A stretch of DNA of 64,000 nucleotides from Octopus vulgaris (taxonomy: Eukaryota). Positions 43,625-59,054 of this stretch are shown here, one piece after another. Both the position numbers and the translations under genes were made by a program. Each line of letters starts with the position of its first letter. Within the stretch, counting starts at the first letter, position 1. The notes beneath the pieces are model-generated. The model worked only from the letters and a program-made list of their open reading frames with translations. It did no database searches and was not told the origin of the DNA. Where the stretch lies: assembly GCA_951406725.2 (NCBI GenBank), contig OX597830.1, positions 51,646,001 through 51,710,000 of the forward strand, read 5' to 3'.

Positions 43625-44230
43625 GTGTGTGTGTATGCGTGTGTTTGTATGTATGTATTATACGTGCTGGCACATATACACACCTAGCGAATAAAGTAAC
43701 CGCCTAATGCATTCTCCGGTTGTATCTTTATTGTTATATATTTATTTTCCTGTCATTATTTACGCCGTATAGACAGGTGACAAGGGTAAGTCGTACAGAC
43801 ACGAGATAAATATAGATTTAGCAGTTCCTATCCTTGATATTGTTCTGTATGAGCGTCGTTATCATTGTTGTTGGTGTTGTGGCTGTTGTTATTGTTATTA
43901 TTATTATTACTATTATTATCATTATCATTATCATCATTAGAGTGAGTGTGAGTGTGTATTTACGTATTTATGAACATGCGTATTGCTGTCGTAATTTCCT
44001 AACTTTTATGCAAAAAAGCAAAAGACATTTACCTGTGATTGGTGGATTGTAGCCTTTGATGTGATCATGGTAGGCGTCGCTTTTAAATCAGCTATAACTA
44101 CAAGCGTTTAACCTAAACTTTTATTAGTTTTACTTGCAAGCTTTACGGATTGTACTGAAGAGACTTGGTCGCAGGTTCGATCAAGTATCGGAAGGTGGTG
44201 AGTAAATACTGTCTATATAAATACTTACAA

Positions 44231-44306
<76 letters not shown>

Positions 44307-44309
<3 letters not shown>

Positions 44310-44374
44310 GGTCCCGGGTTGAGTCGGGGTTAACCACAGTAAATAAGGTACTCAATACATAGCAGAGTAAATTA

Positions 44375-44376
<2 letters not shown>
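44307..44376 (+). repeat. 70-bp fragment of the 62592-62745 hammerhead element, between (TA)n tracts
   Basis: gtaggtcccgggttga.tcggggttaaccacagtaaataaggtactcaatacatagcagagtaaattaat is the reverse complement of ~62676-62745. Confidence 0.85.
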
Positions 44377-44438
<62 letters not shown>

Positions 44439-44441
44439 GTA

Positions 44442-44532
<91 letters not shown>

Positions 44533-44831
44533 CACATACAATTACAATTAACATCAACTTAATGAATATATATTTTATATTAAAATTTTCGTTTATTTAG
44601 ATGATACTTTGTTTTTGTCATTTAAAAGATAAACATAATTTATTTTATCAAATATCTTTAGTTAGAATTATTTTATTTACGCTTAAAGAATATTGAAGTT
44701 ATTGAATTTTCTGTTAATATTTATTCATTTAAGGTCTACCACAAAATGCAAGTATTTTTTCTCATCTCCATACATACATTCATATATCCCCCTCCATCTC
44801 TCTCTCTCTTTTTCTGTCTCCCTCTCACGCA

Positions 44832-44880
<49 letters not shown>

Positions 44881-45580
44881 GAACTACAAGTTACCTTCAA
44901 TTATTCTTATGTTTAATATTAGTAATTAATTTGCATGTGTGTGTCATCGGGTGTACACGCGCATGTGAATATGTAATTGCATGTAGTGACATGGTTATTG
45001 CTTCTTATCAGGGAAACTCTAATCGCACAGATCCCACCAATGGATACGATCCATATGTAGTTATCTTGTCCTTGTAGAAACTATTTTGAAGTTAAATTAT
45101 ATAACTGTTCCTTCGCGATCTTATACAAATTTCATCCTTATATCTAGCACATTGAACAACTGTATAGATGCTCCAATGTGTGTGTCACAGTTGTCAGAGG
45201 TTTCATGTATTTTTTTTTTCTAATTTCTGTTTTGCTGTAGAAATATTGCATTTTGAATCAGTTTTCCTTCTCAGTTAAACCCTTTTTTCCGTCATCCACC
45301 ATAGAGTCTAACGTTTTGTGAGCTGAACTTAATTTCAATCAATCGCTCAATAATAATATCTTTCGGGGATTAGCTTTCAGAATTCTGAGCAAATGAAAGT
45401 TTGCAGGCTCTGTTTGACATGTCTTCCATAGGTATTCAAGGGACTCAACATACTCCATGTGTGATGCAACAGTTTAGTAAATAACCGAAAACCTTTTCAT
45501 ATGTTACACTTCTTTGATTTGGATTGATGTTACTCTTCAGTGCTTCAGCTTAGCTCTGCTCTTTTTATATATGCACGTAT

Positions 45581-45648
<68 letters not shown>

Positions 45649-45649
45649 C

Positions 45650-46045
45650 TTATAAATAAGCGCAAAAGAAAAATATTTCTAATGCCAAATATGCCGAAAA
45701 TGGACACATCATCAATAACCATGTAATTCATCAATATAAGCACGCGTCTCGAAGAAAGCCGACAGAAATTTCTAAAAAATTCCCTTATTACCATATCGGA
45801 CACGATTACAGAGTTAATTCATAGGAACCTTCTCTTTGTCAGTGATAAATGCGGCAAAGATATAAATGAAATACTTACTTATACCCATGGAAGAAGCAAA
45901 CACTAAGTCATGAGCACAATTAAGTACCCCAAATATGTCCAGCATATTTGCCCTCGTTTATAAGTTGTTTATAAATTTAACCTTTAAAGGTATTTTTTAA
46001 TATGCTGGCCATTGATAAAATTTTTTTTCGAAAAATTTTATCCTA
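45650..46045 (-). mobile_element. Second, older copy of the 9203-9960 family with inverted terminal segment
   Basis: Colinear with 9290-9585; inverted segment ~45946-46045; hammerhead core decayed (CTGACAA/GTAAT); (TA)n flanks. Confidence 0.75.
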
Positions 46046-47273
46046 TAATATATTATATATATATATATATATATACATATATACATACATACATGTACAT
46101 ATATATACACACACACATATATATAGATACATATATACAAGTATATGTGTGTGTGTTTTTCTGTTCAAAGTATACTTCTGGCTCATTCTTATTATCTGTA
46201 GGGTAAAACGTGGGAATAAAACCGCAGTTAAGACCCGTGTGCGTTCTAAAAGAGACTGAATGCCTGTTTTCTGTTGCGACATTTCACGTTTCCTTGTGAT
46301 ACGATATTGCACAACACGGAAGCATATGAACGTTAACAATCCATATACTATTTTTGTTAGTTCTATTCCAAAGACAATCGACTTAATTGTTAAACACCTT
46401 GAACACATAAACACTCTTTAGTACTGGAACATGACTGAATAAAATAAATATGTGACAGGGCAGTAAAAAAGGCAGTTTTGCATTGGAGTCCTCATTATTG
46501 CTCTGGTTTTTCCCCTGTGAATTATAAACGGAACGGTCGTTATATGAACGATTTGTCCCGACTTGGCGTTTGACACCTCTCAATTGCAATATAATTTGCT
46601 GCACACACATACACTCGCACATGGACATGGAAAATTCTCTGTCAAATGAATCGTAGCTAGCGTCAGTTATTGTATATATTGCCGATGAAGTTTTAGTAGA
46701 TTAACACAAGGTCGATGATTATTCCTCTGGACATGTTATCTACTTGTTCTTTCTTTATAAAGAAGATACATACCATTACATTGCTTCCGGTTTTAGTACG
46801 ATGATAGCGTTGTAATATAAGGGAGATTTGCTCATCATTTCTAGTAGGTCAAATGGCCTCGCAGTACTTAATCTATTGCAGTAAATCTTGGAAGTGAATC
46901 ATTTCTTACTACCAATGCTAAGATAAAGTTTTATGATTACGGTGAAGAGTGAGCCTTATACATAATACTTCTATTTTTCTGTACAACAGGGAAATTTTTA
47001 TTATCGTTGAAGTAAATCTACAAACATATTTCGTTGGAGAAAACTACGCTGTACCATCGCCAATTGTTGCTGTCGTAGTACTTTCCCCACTCAAGTGGAA
47101 AAAACGCCGCCTGTTTTTGAGTTCGATGTGGCTGACAAGAAGCTTCAATCAACGTTTCTAAATTAGAGGGTCGATCCACAGAATCAAATAATAAGTAATA
47201 TATGTATACACACACACACGCACACACACACACATATATAAATAGATATATATATATATATATAGTTCCTTAC

Positions 47274-47356
47274 TTTTCCTGATGAGAAGGCGGCATAATG
47301 CACCCCTTATTCCTTCGAAATTAGGAATATGCATCCTTCGAAACACATGTCGAAAA
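47274..47356 (+). ncRNA. Type I hammerhead ribozyme in a ~150-bp cassette between (TA)n tracts
   Basis: TTTTC-CTGATGA-GAAGGcgGCATA..TATGCatCCTTC-GAAAC-ACAT-GTC-GAAAA. Confidence 0.8.
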
Positions 47357-47409
47357 TAAAATAAAGGAATTTTGTTAATTCGTCGTTCAACTCCATTCTT
47401 TCATTTATT

Positions 47410-47462
<53 letters not shown>

Positions 47463-48032
47463 GTATATATATAAATGGTGAGAGAGAGAGAGAGAGAGAG
47501 AATGAGAGGGAGAAGCAGCAGAGAGTAGACAGAGAGTAGAGAGAAAGAGAGAGAGAGAGAGAGAGAGGACGTGGAGGGTGGGAAATAGGTATTTTCGATA
47601 CTAAATTACGCAAATTCTTATCCGTACGGACGAAATGAAATAGTGTATTGTACTTTTAAGTTAGTCAACATTTGAATCGTCCACTTGAGTGTTTAAAGTA
47701 GTCACAGATAAATTAGACATAGTTCAAGTGATTTATACCAAATGAACTAATATTTCACAAGTGCGGCTCACACAAAAACTCTTTCATAATCAACGATAGT
47801 AAGTTAACGAGAAAATCTATTCATTCATTCAACCTAATTGCTAATAAAATGTCATTTTTTTTTAACCATTTGCCTTTAAATCCCTCTACAGCTAACTATG
47901 ATTTATCTTTGGATAAACATACATAGGTGTATATGCATAAATATATACATACAAACATGCATAATGTATACATATATACATAATACATACTATGTACTTG
48001 CGTGTATACATACATACATACATAAATACATG

Positions 48033-48063
<31 letters not shown>

Positions 48064-48664
48064 TACATGCATACATACATACATACATACATACATAATA
48101 CATACATACATACATACATATATACATATATACGTGGTATTGTTCTATGAGTCAAGGAACAAAAGTTAAGCACTGTCATACACGTCAGCCGTGAAATAGA
48201 TAAATTAATAGTAATAATGTTTAAAGTAGGGAACTTAGGCAGATCTTCTATTCATGTTACCGCACCTAATTACGTGGGTGTCTGTACAGGGCTGTGTGAC
48301 TACAGATCTACACAAAGTGCTTGGACCGATGTGATTTTCCACGAGAGAACGAATTAAACTAATATACATCCACCATATCCAATCCACAAGGGACATTAGT
48401 AAAGATATGTCTCCTGGAAAGAGCTTATATACTATATATGGAACATGCACATACACACATGCACATACACGTTGTTACTTTAATAACACAGGCAAAGTTA
48501 TTCTACAGACGCATGTACAGCATTGCATAAGTGTTATTACATCCTCTCAGCAGCGATAGTGACCTCAATGTGTAATGACTCCTGTCGGATAAGTGTCACG
48601 TGTTTAGTTGGTCCCATCAGACTACATCTGGCTTAAGTTTCCGTTCAAGGTCTCCCTTCCATAA

Positions 48665-49520
48665 TCGACGAAATACCTATTTCTTTACAACCCACAAGGG
48701 ACTAAACAGAGATGGGACAAAGAAGGACAGATAAACGGATTAAGTCGATTACATCGACCCCAGTGCGTAACTTGTACTTATTTAATCGACCCCGGAAGGA
48801 TGAAAGGCAAAGATGACCTCGGCAGAATTTGAACTCAGAACGTAACGGCAAGCGAAATACCTATTTCTTTACTACCCACAAGGGGCTAAACACAGAGAGG
48901 ACAAACAAGGAGAGACAAACGGATTAAGTCGATTTTATCGACCCCGGCGAAACTGGTACTTATTTAATCGACCCCGAAAGAATGAAAGGCAAAGTCGACC
49001 TCAGCGGAATTTGAACTCAGAACGTAACGGCAGACGAAATACAACTACGCATTTCGCCGGGTGTGCTAACGTTTCTGCCAGCTCACTGCCTCAGCAATAA
49101 CAATTTTCATACTTTGGCACAAAGCCGGCGGTTTTTGAGGGGAAGGAAAAACATCGATTACAATTCTGGACTTGTACTTATTTCATGGAAAGGATAAAAG
49201 GCATAGTTGATCTCGGAGGAATTTGAACTCAGAACGTAAAGACGGACGAAAAGCTACTAAACATTTATTCCGGCACGTCAACTATTCTGCCGCCTCCTCA
49301 CCTTAACAATAATAATAATAATAACAATAATAATGATCATTTCTACTATAGGCAGAATGCCCGAAATTTGGGGTTGGAGAAAGTCAGTTACATCGACCTC
49401 AGTACTCGGCTGATACTTCTTTTAACGATTCTGAAAGCACGAAAGGCAAAGTCGACTTCGGCATAATTTGAACTCAGACAGTAAAGACGGACGAACGGCA
49501 GCTAAGCCTTTTGCCCTCCG
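48665..49520 (-). mobile_element. Cluster of SINE family A copies
   Basis: Repeated reverse-complement family A units. Confidence 0.85.
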
Positions 49521-49596
49521 TGATTAATAGTAATAATAGTAATTATAATAATGATGGCAATAATGGATTATGAACACGAATACAAACACACACACA

Positions 49597-49703
<107 letters not shown>

Positions 49704-50086
49704 TTATATGCTTTCGGCGCCTTTATTAGACCATTTTCCTTAGTCATAACGCGGTGATCACCATAAGCTTTAACCTTACATAAAAAATACCAGTATCATT
49801 ATTTAGAGGATATATATGTGTGTGTGTGTGTGTGCGTATACGCACACACATACATACACCACACTCTCTTACACACACTCTCTCTCTCTCACACACACAC
49901 ACACAGACACGCACACGCAAACGCACGTACTGTCACCAGTCTACACATTCACACATACCCGCACACAGACTTACAGAAGGAAAGAGCAGTCTTATTCGCA
50001 ACTAACAAATGGCAAATATTTTTCCCCATCGACGAGCATGTGGCCCAGTTGTGAGTGAATGGGTGAATGTGCCTGTGAGTTAATAA

Positions 50087-50472
50087 GTGAGTGAGTGAGT
50101 GAGTGAGTGAGCGAGTGAGTGAGCGAGTGAGTGAGTGAGTGAGTGAGTGAGTGAGTGAGTGAGTGAGTGAGTGAGTGAGTGAGTGAGTGAGTGAGTGAGT
50201 GAGTGAGTGAGTGAGTGAGTGAGTGAGTGAGTGAGTGAGCGAGTGAGTGAGAGAGTGAGTGAGTGAGTTAATGAGTGAGTGAGTGAGTGAGTGAGTGAGT
50301 GAGTGAGTGAGTGAGTGAGTGAGTGAGTGAGTGAGTGAGTGAGTGAGTGAGTGAGTGAGTGAGTGAGTGAGTGAGTGAGTGAGTGAGTGAGTTAATGAGG
50401 GAGTGAGTGAGTGAGTGGGTGAGTGAGTGAGTGAGTTAATGAGCGAGTGAGTGAGTGAGTGAGTGAGTGAGT
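50087..50472. repeat. (GAGT)n microsatellite, ~385 bp
   Basis: Direct inspection. Confidence 0.97.
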
Positions 50473-50798
50473 GATATATAAGATATATAAGTTACATAAT
50501 GACGTTTGAGTTTTGAACCTTGTTCGATCAAACTTAGACTAATGGGCCTCATAATGATTATGATAACAATCAAAGATAACAGTGACAAAACAATTATATG
50601 GAAGATAAACATTATGGCGGGGTGCACAATAAGTAATATTTACTACGCTTTTGCCTTTGAGAAAATTATATTTTACAAATGTTCACTGCCGTACAAAAAC
50701 TAAACCAAATGATCGTCTCTGAATGCATTAAAATGACTTTAGCATGTTCAGAACAGTATTTCAGAAAATTATCTCCGTTCTCATTGAGAACAAATTTA

Positions 50799-51465
50799 TG
50801 CGGGGCAAAATGAGTAAGAGGAACTAATGTAAATTTCTTTCGTTCATTCTTCAGAATTACATCGATATTAATTTTCAGATATCAAAAAGATGAGAAATGA
50901 AACAAATATTTTAAATATCTGGGGCAAATAAAGGATCATGGAAAAATTCCTCATTATATAAAATGAACGAAACTCGACTAAATCTAATAACTTCATTTAA
51001 AATATTTTCTATAGCTTCTTTGCGAACTGCTGCAGAGTCTTCCTTACTGAAAAACGTATTACGCACCATACAGTTAAAGTAGAATATATCTAAATTAATC
51101 ATTACTCATTTTATCCCACTTTAGACATCATTTGATCATTGAAAATTATCAAATTAATCATTAGCGTGGGAAAATATTGATTCTGAATCTAATAGAGAAA
51201 AGAACTTTGTTAAACGGCATACGTTATTCAGATATTCCATAGGCAACCTCAATTACAATCATGTCAAATTTGAGGAAAATATTCTTGAAAAATAGCACCA
51301 GTCATCTGATTGCTTCAAACTCTCTTCCACTTCAACTTTCACCCTTTAAGATGATGCAATTGTACGAAATGATGCACTTTTGCAATGTAATGGTTTCAAA
51401 CAGGTAGACGGGAAAAAAAAAAATCAAAATTACTCATTTTACCCAACTTATCCATTTTGCCGCGT
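50799..51465. mobile_element. Non-autonomous TIR DNA transposon remnant (pogo-like)
   Basis: GCGGGGCAAAATGAGTAAG at the left end; TTACTCATTTTACCC and CCATTTTGCCGCG at the right end; internal copy at ~51101-51120. Confidence 0.5.
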
Positions 51466-51819
51466 CCGCAAAGAAATCTATGCACGACCTAATCGTAAAT
51501 TGGCCCAGTGTTTCTCCTAACTCTCTCATACATAATTCCTCCGTCGTTGTCGACGGTAAGCAAGGACATACATGAGAGAAGAAGACAGACCACAATATCA
51601 GGCTATAGCCTATCGGTCCGAAGCGTGCTCTGAAGGCTCTGCCGCAGGTCGAGCACGAGTGGAACTAAAGGCGAAAAGTTGGCTCTGGACTTTCACAGTT
51701 CGCGTTTTCTTTTTTTGCCTTGGCAATCTTTCTCTGGACGTAGCAGATGGTACCGCTATTGGTGTAGTTTCGCCAGACAGAGCGATCTTATGGTTGCGTT
51801 TACCAAGTATCGGGGTTTA

Positions 51820-52050
51820 TTTTAAAGAACTTCAGTAAGGCTTTGTGTGTATCCTTGAAGCGCTTTTTGTCCACTTAAATACGCTCGCCTTCTGCCAGTT
51901 CGCAGTAAAACATTCTCTTAGGGGTCGAACGACAGGCTTTTGACCAAAATGACCTGCCCATCTAATTTGGGCTCTCCTCAGCAAAGTGTAAATCCTTGGC
52001 AGATCAGCCCGAGAGAGGACCGCTATATCTGGGACCTTGTCTTGCAAAGC
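51820..52050 (-). mobile_element. RTE-clade LINE C-terminal fragment
   Basis: QDKVPDIAVLSRADLPRIYTLLRRAQIRWAGH...FYCELAEG.R...KRFKDT. Confidence 0.8.
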
Positions 52051-52166
52051 GATTTTTTAATGCCTTTCTCTCATATATACATATACAAAGATAGGCAGGT
52101 AAACAGACAGATAGATAGACAAACAGACAGATAGACAAACAGATAGATAGCTAGCTAGCTAGATAC

Positions 52167-52208
<42 letters not shown>

Positions 52209-54017
52209 GAGACAGAAGGTAATAGATAGATATATAGAAAGAGAGAGAGAGAGATTAGGTGATTATATACTGCTTAATCCACAATTCTTCGCTTCGACTA
52301 TTTATCTAGGAGTGATTATCGATAGAAGTTGCATACTGATAATTAGGGTGTGATAGGTGTAGTTGTAATAGTAATGGCGAAGGCTACGATGGTGGAGGCG
52401 GCGGTGGTCGTCGTGGTGTTCGTGGAGGGATGGTGTTGTTAATGGAGGACGTAGGAGCGTCACTATGACACACTGTGAGAAAAAAATGAATCTTATTTGA
52501 ACCACAAGGGCCAAACAAAGAGGTTACAACACAGAAAGGAATTCGAGGTCAAGGCATCGGATGTTATTACACAAAAATGCAGTTAAAAATTTATGACACT
52601 ATAAATCGAATGAAGGGACCGACAAAATCACAATAAAATGGAGTGGAGGAACTGTTCCGACTCCGCCAGACACGTTCCACCACTGAGCCTTTGTTTAACT
52701 TTTCATGGATAGGACTCAAGTAGGGCCATTCATTCCCAACATGCGAACCACTTGCATCCATCTTTTACCAAACCTGTCCGATGACAGACACGTCTTTTAT
52801 AGCCTTATCTTCCTTCTACGAAGGAAGACAAAAAAAGTTAGTCTGGCCTTGGCCAGAAATGAAAGTGCCTGTCACCAATCTTTTCATCCATGACACTCTG
52901 AGAAGAAAATATCGGAAGACTATCCCCAGAAACGTTTAATGTAACCGGTTGCCTAAAAAATTTCCCACGTTTCCTTCCTTGTTGAAAATGCCACCTTTGT
53001 AGATGTGCCAGCTATTTAAAATACAACAGATCGGAAATGCCCATTGTGTTGGAAGGTGTAATATGGGTGGAGCTGTTTTACTGCATGAAAATTTATTATT
53101 TTTATTATTGTTATTAATAGAATACAACGAAGCCTTTAATTGCAAACTGCTTTTACGAATATATATTTTTAAAAATTGGCATTTATCTGAAATCTAAAAG
53201 ATACATCAGATGTGAAATATTACTAACACAGAAAGCACTTTGAGCGGTAGTTAGCTTGCCAACCATTTTCACAATAAATAAAATAGTACATTAATAAAGA
53301 GGAAGTACAGTACCGTGAAAGTACATTGATAATGAGGATTCGGATGCACACCATTACCACATTGATTAAGACGTACTTAAATAGTGACAGGTAATTAGTA
53401 TATACATCATTACTTTAAATTTTAAGAAGTACAATTATTAACAGCAGAGAATTTATGATGCGGCGAGCTGGCAGCGACGTTAGCATGATTCAAATTCTGC
53501 CGAGGTAGACTTACCCTTTTTGGGGTTTCGTAAAATACTTGGGCCCCGATTTCGGGAGACGGGCTATGTAGGTTATATCGACCCCAGTGCTCATCTGGGA
53601 CTTATTTCATCGCCCCATCCCCGAGAGGAATTTTAACTGAGAACTTAAAGACAGACGAAATGCTGCTACGTAATATTTTACTCAGTGTACTAAAATATTC
53701 TCCTATCACTCTGCTTTAATCAAATTCATTCATCACTCAACCAGTACAATGCACAGAACTGAACACATTAACAACACGTTTTTCGTTAAATCATTTCCCG
53801 TTTCAGTTTACATTTCATTGACATTGATTCAGCTAATAGTTATTTCTTTACATATTTCCTTAACATTTTCTTATTTCAGATAAAAGAGCAAATCAGCCCT
53901 AACGTCGAGAGTACAATAATTTTATAAACTCTATTTATAACAGCTTCAAATAAATCTAAAAAAATATATCATACATATAACTTATTTTTCAAAGAAATTG
54001 ACAAAGAAATTGCCATT

Positions 54018-54020
54018 ATG
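54018..54020 (+). CDS. NIDO-domain secreted/mucin-like protein: start codon at the end of a mostly 5'UTR exon (53880-54020)
   Basis: Acceptor ttatttcag|A at 53879/53880; exon ends ccattATG|gtaagt at 54020; joins in phase 0 to the signal-peptide exon. Confidence 0.75.
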
Positions 54021-54126
54021 GTAAGTCTCGTTGAATTTGATCATCTTTTTCACTTATCCTTCTCTTTTCTCTTAAAGTTTCATTGGATTATTGTTATTTT
54101 TTAACATTTTAAGCATATTTATTATT

Positions 54127-54165
<39 letters not shown>

Positions 54166-54209
54166 GCTGTTGTCGTTGTGGTTGGTGTTATTATTATTAT
54201 TATTATTAT

Positions 54210-54763
54210 TGAGTGAGAGAGCAGTGCATGCCATCAAAGTGACATTGTGGTAAGATATACGAAGCCAGTGTACCCATCATGACTACCCGCCTGATAAGGG
54301 TACACCACGCACATGCATCACAGTAAGGAGTGTAACATGGTGATCTCATATCAAGATAAACAGCGCATGAACTTGCAGGTGGGGCCCATTTAGAACTATA
54401 TTCAAGTCGAGTAGCCCATCTCTTCAAAAGGTCCCTGAATAAGGATGTTTGAGAGTGTTGATCGAAACACCCATGTTTCCAAAGGTGAATTATCCAAATC
54501 CTAAAGAATTGTTCTTTAGGGTTTGGCTATGATGCTCCTCCACTATTTCTGCTCGGGATCAGAGAGGCACATATCGTCAGTCACCAAGGGACATGCTCCG
54601 CATGTTAAGGTCAAGTAACTGACGAGCAAGTCTGTGGTATTGAGCAGAATATTTGCTATATCCCATCTTTTATATCTAGGCAAAAACAATGTACATGATA
54701 ACACTTCCAATTGGTTAAGATCAAAAGCCATGCGAACCACTGCCTGGTACTGCACCAGGGCAT
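54210..54763 (-). repeat. Unclassified interspersed repeat between (TTA)/(TAA) tracts in an intron
   Basis: Non-coding, higher GC, sharply bounded by trinucleotide microsatellites. Confidence 0.5.
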
Positions 54764-54793
54764 TTTATAATAATAATAATAATAATAATAATA

Positions 54794-55788
<995 letters not shown>

Positions 55789-56380
55789 AAATATTGGTTT
55801 CTTACGCTCACCACACCAATTACATTTGTTGGGTTTCTTTTTATAGTATTTTCTTGAGTAGGATAGCACTGGCCTAACTACTAGATAAAATAAGTTAGGT
55901 CTTATTTGTCCTATCAGGGCTGGCCTGATCTTAAATCCCTAAACATATAGCAGTAATAAATTCACAGATGTGATTATCCCTTCCTGATATCAATGATATT
56001 CCTTCAAATTGAGACTATATAAATGCTGCTGAGGTCATCCAAACCTGATTACACAGATGTGTATAAAATTTCAAAATTTGTTCGTATATTTTGATATTCT
56101 TATATTCTGATATTCCATTTTAATCCGACATGAACAGAGTAATAGTCTTTTTAAACGCACAGCAAGTTTCAACTTGTCTGCTTGCTCCCTTTTTTTTTTT
56201 GTCTCCGTTTCTTTTTTTATCGTCAGTTGTATCTCCGTGTGTCTATATGTGTGTGTGTGTAAACGTATGTCTATGCAACTATGTGTGCATGTGACATTGT
56301 CTATATGTATGTGTGTGTGTCTGTGTGGTATGCACACGTTCCAGGCTAAGCATTTATGTTCATAAATATCTACATACATT

Positions 56381-56412
<32 letters not shown>

Positions 56413-56576
56413 CTCGCGTGTGTGTGCATGTCTGTATATTTGTATGTATATGTATACTTACACGTATAAGTATGTGTATTTGTATACGTGGGTGTGTTTA
56501 ACGTTTAATTAAGTGTCTATATATGTTTGTAATTAATATCTCCTCTAAATAATATAATGTATTTCTTTCTTTTCAG

Positions 56577-56622
56577 CATTCCAAAGCACTCTACATTACA
56601 AGTCTTTTGCTATTTATTTTTT
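56577..56622 (+). CDS. NIDO-domain protein exon: signal peptide HSKALYITSLLLFIF(Y)
   Basis: tttcttttcag|CAT...TTTT|gtaagt; 46 nt, phase 0 to 1; hydrophobic core; spliced product reads MHSKALYITSLLLFIFYTSA/QDITY. Confidence 0.8.
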
Positions 56623-56729
56623 GTAAGTAATTTATCAAATTTAAATCATTGATCAAAATTGTAATAATAATAAGGTGCAAATTTTGGAGGGGGGTAGTAC
56701 AGTTTATTTATTTATTTATTATTTATACA

Positions 56730-57029
56730 CCCTTTTCAAGCCTAGCCAGGCTCATGGGCCCGGTTTCCCGGATTCTATGGCGTATGTGTTCCCCCCAGCT
56801 GGACGGGACGCCAGTGCATCGCAGCGTTACCCAAGAAACATGAAGAAAGAGTGAGAGAAAGTTGGGGCAAAAGAGTACAACAGGGGTCGCCACCACCCCC
56901 TGTTGGAGCCTCGTGGAGTTTTAGGTGTTTTCGCTCAATAAAAATACACAACGTCCGGTCTGGGAATCGCAACCTTGATCCTCCGACCGCGAGTCCGCTG
57001 CCTTAAAAGCTGGGCCATTGCGCCTCCAC
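56730..57029 (-). mobile_element. SINE family C (intron)
   Basis: Reverse complement of the 7156 head (gtggaggcgcaatggccc...). Confidence 0.8.
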
Positions 57030-57995
57030 AAAGCAAAGTTGATTATTCGGCAGAATTTGAACTCAGAACGTAAAGATGAAAGAAATGCCGCTAAGCATTT
57101 TGCCCGGCGCGGTAACGATTTCTACCTGAAATTTGGTGGTGGGGGAGGAGACTAGTCGACTGCATCGACCCTAGTGTTTCACTGGCACGTTCTTCATCGT
57201 GCCGTAAAGGATAAAAGGCAAAGTCGACCTCGGCGGAATTTGAACTCAGAACATAATGCATGAAATGCAGCTTATCATTTTGCCCGGCGTGCTAACGAAT
57301 CTGCAAGCTTCCTAACTTAATAATTATTATTATTTTAAATCTTTTGCCACAAGGGCAGCTTGGAGGGGTGGGGTTGAGTCGAATACATTGACGCCAGTAT
57401 TCAACTGGCATTTGTTTTATCGATCTCGAGAGGATGAAAGACCAAGTCCACCTTGGCATGAGACAAAATACTGCTAATCATTTCGTCCAACGTGCTAACT
57501 TCTCTGCCAATTTGCCGCCTTAAGAACAATAATAATAATCCTTTCTATCATAGGCATAGGACCTTAAATTTGGTTGAGGGGGATAGGCAATTACATCGAC
57601 CCCAGTACTCAACTGGTACTTAATTTCTCGACCCTGAAAAGATGAAAGGTAAAGTCGACTTCGATGGAATTTGAACGCAAAACGTAGCGACAGACGAAAT
57701 ACCTATTTCTTTATTACCCACAAGGGGCTAAACATAGAGGAGACAAACTAGGACAGACATAGGTATTAAGTCGATTACATCAACCCCAGTGCGTAACTGG
57801 TACTTATTTATCGACCTCGAAAGGATGGAAGGCAAAGTCGACCTCGGCGGCATTCGGACGTAATACCGGGCAAAATAATGCTAAGCATTTTGTCAGCGCG
57901 CTGACGATTCTGCCAGCTGGCTGCCGTGATAACAATAATAATAATAATAACAACAACAACAACAGTTTCTAACATAGGCACAAGGCCAGAAATCT
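57030..57995 (-). mobile_element. Cluster of SINE family A copies (intron)
   Basis: Multiple reverse-complement family A units separated by (AAT)n. Confidence 0.82.
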
Positions 57996-58374
57996 GGTGA
58001 CGGGAACAGTATAATGAAAGCGGCTTTAGTACTTGAATAGTAGTTTCTTTTTGTGTCCTTAAAAAGACGAAAGCTGAAAGAAGCCTCAGTTTGACTTGAA
58101 CACAGAACTTTAAGGGTAGTCCAAAGTTATTTGGTCCGTATATCTAAGGCTTTTGCTTTTACATCTAACTTAAGTTACTTCATAATAATCTTCAGTAACT
58201 TTTACATTTTTTAACTGTAATTTCTGGCAGCGAAACTAGTAACAGTTGTAGAGCTTCATCACGGCTCTCTGAGATCTAATCGCCCACCAATGTTAATCTA
58301 TCTTTCAAGGATAGTTAAATAAAGTGTTTTGCAGGTCAGTTTCTGTAGCTTTAAATTCTTTGTTCCTTTGGCAG

Positions 58375-58533
58375 ACACAAGTGCACAAGATATTACCTAC
58401 TCCGGAGACACGACAACAGCCATCGAGACAACCTACACAGACGTCACTATAACAACATTACTGAGCACTGCAGCATATACCACTTTACCAACAACTATAC
58501 AAACCACAGAACCACCGTGTACACCTGCTCAAG
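58375..58533 (+). CDS. NIDO-domain protein exon: Thr-rich mucin-like segment (TSAQDITYSGDTTTAIETTYT...EPPCTPAQ)
   Basis: ctttggcag|AC...CAAG|gtaagt; 159 nt, symmetric phase 1-1; matches ORF 58329-58541. Confidence 0.85.
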
Positions 58534-58749
58534 GTAAGTAATATTATAGACATAAATACACATTCGTATTTTCATTCGGCACAATATTACATCACCGGCA
58601 AGCATATCAATTGAGACTAATGTATGTATGTACGTATGTATGCATGTATGTATGTATGTATGTATGTATGTATGTATGTATGTATGTATGTATGTATGAA
58701 TGTATGTACGTAAAGTACGTACGTACGTATATATATATATGTATGTGCG

Positions 58750-58780
<31 letters not shown>

Positions 58781-58917
58781 TATATATACCCCCAAAGACT
58801 TATTATTTGTAAGCCTAGTACTTACTGTATCGGTCATTTATGTCGAACCTCTAAGTTAACGGAAACACACCAATATCGGTTGTCTAGCGATGCTGGGTTA
58901 CATATAAATATATATGC

Positions 58918-58948
<31 letters not shown>

Positions 58949-58965
58949 CATACATATATATATAT

Positions 58966-59054
<89 letters not shown>

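Noticed and set aside
44150-44210. Hammerhead-like CTGAAGA-GACTTGGTCG..CGATCAAGT hairpin
   Set aside because: Good stem II, but GAAA is replaced by GGAAG and no stem I partner was found; at best a badly decayed relic
50087-50472. Telomeric repeat
   Set aside because: The unit is GAGT, not TTAGGG; interstitial microsatellite
52560-52950. Possible Tx1-like LINE 3' remnant on the minus strand
   Set aside because: Resemblance too weak and broken to call
53370-53396. Possible upstream non-coding exon donor (gacag|gtaatt) or promoter of the NIDO gene
   Set aside because: A single donor-like motif with no independent support; transcription start cannot be placed from sequence
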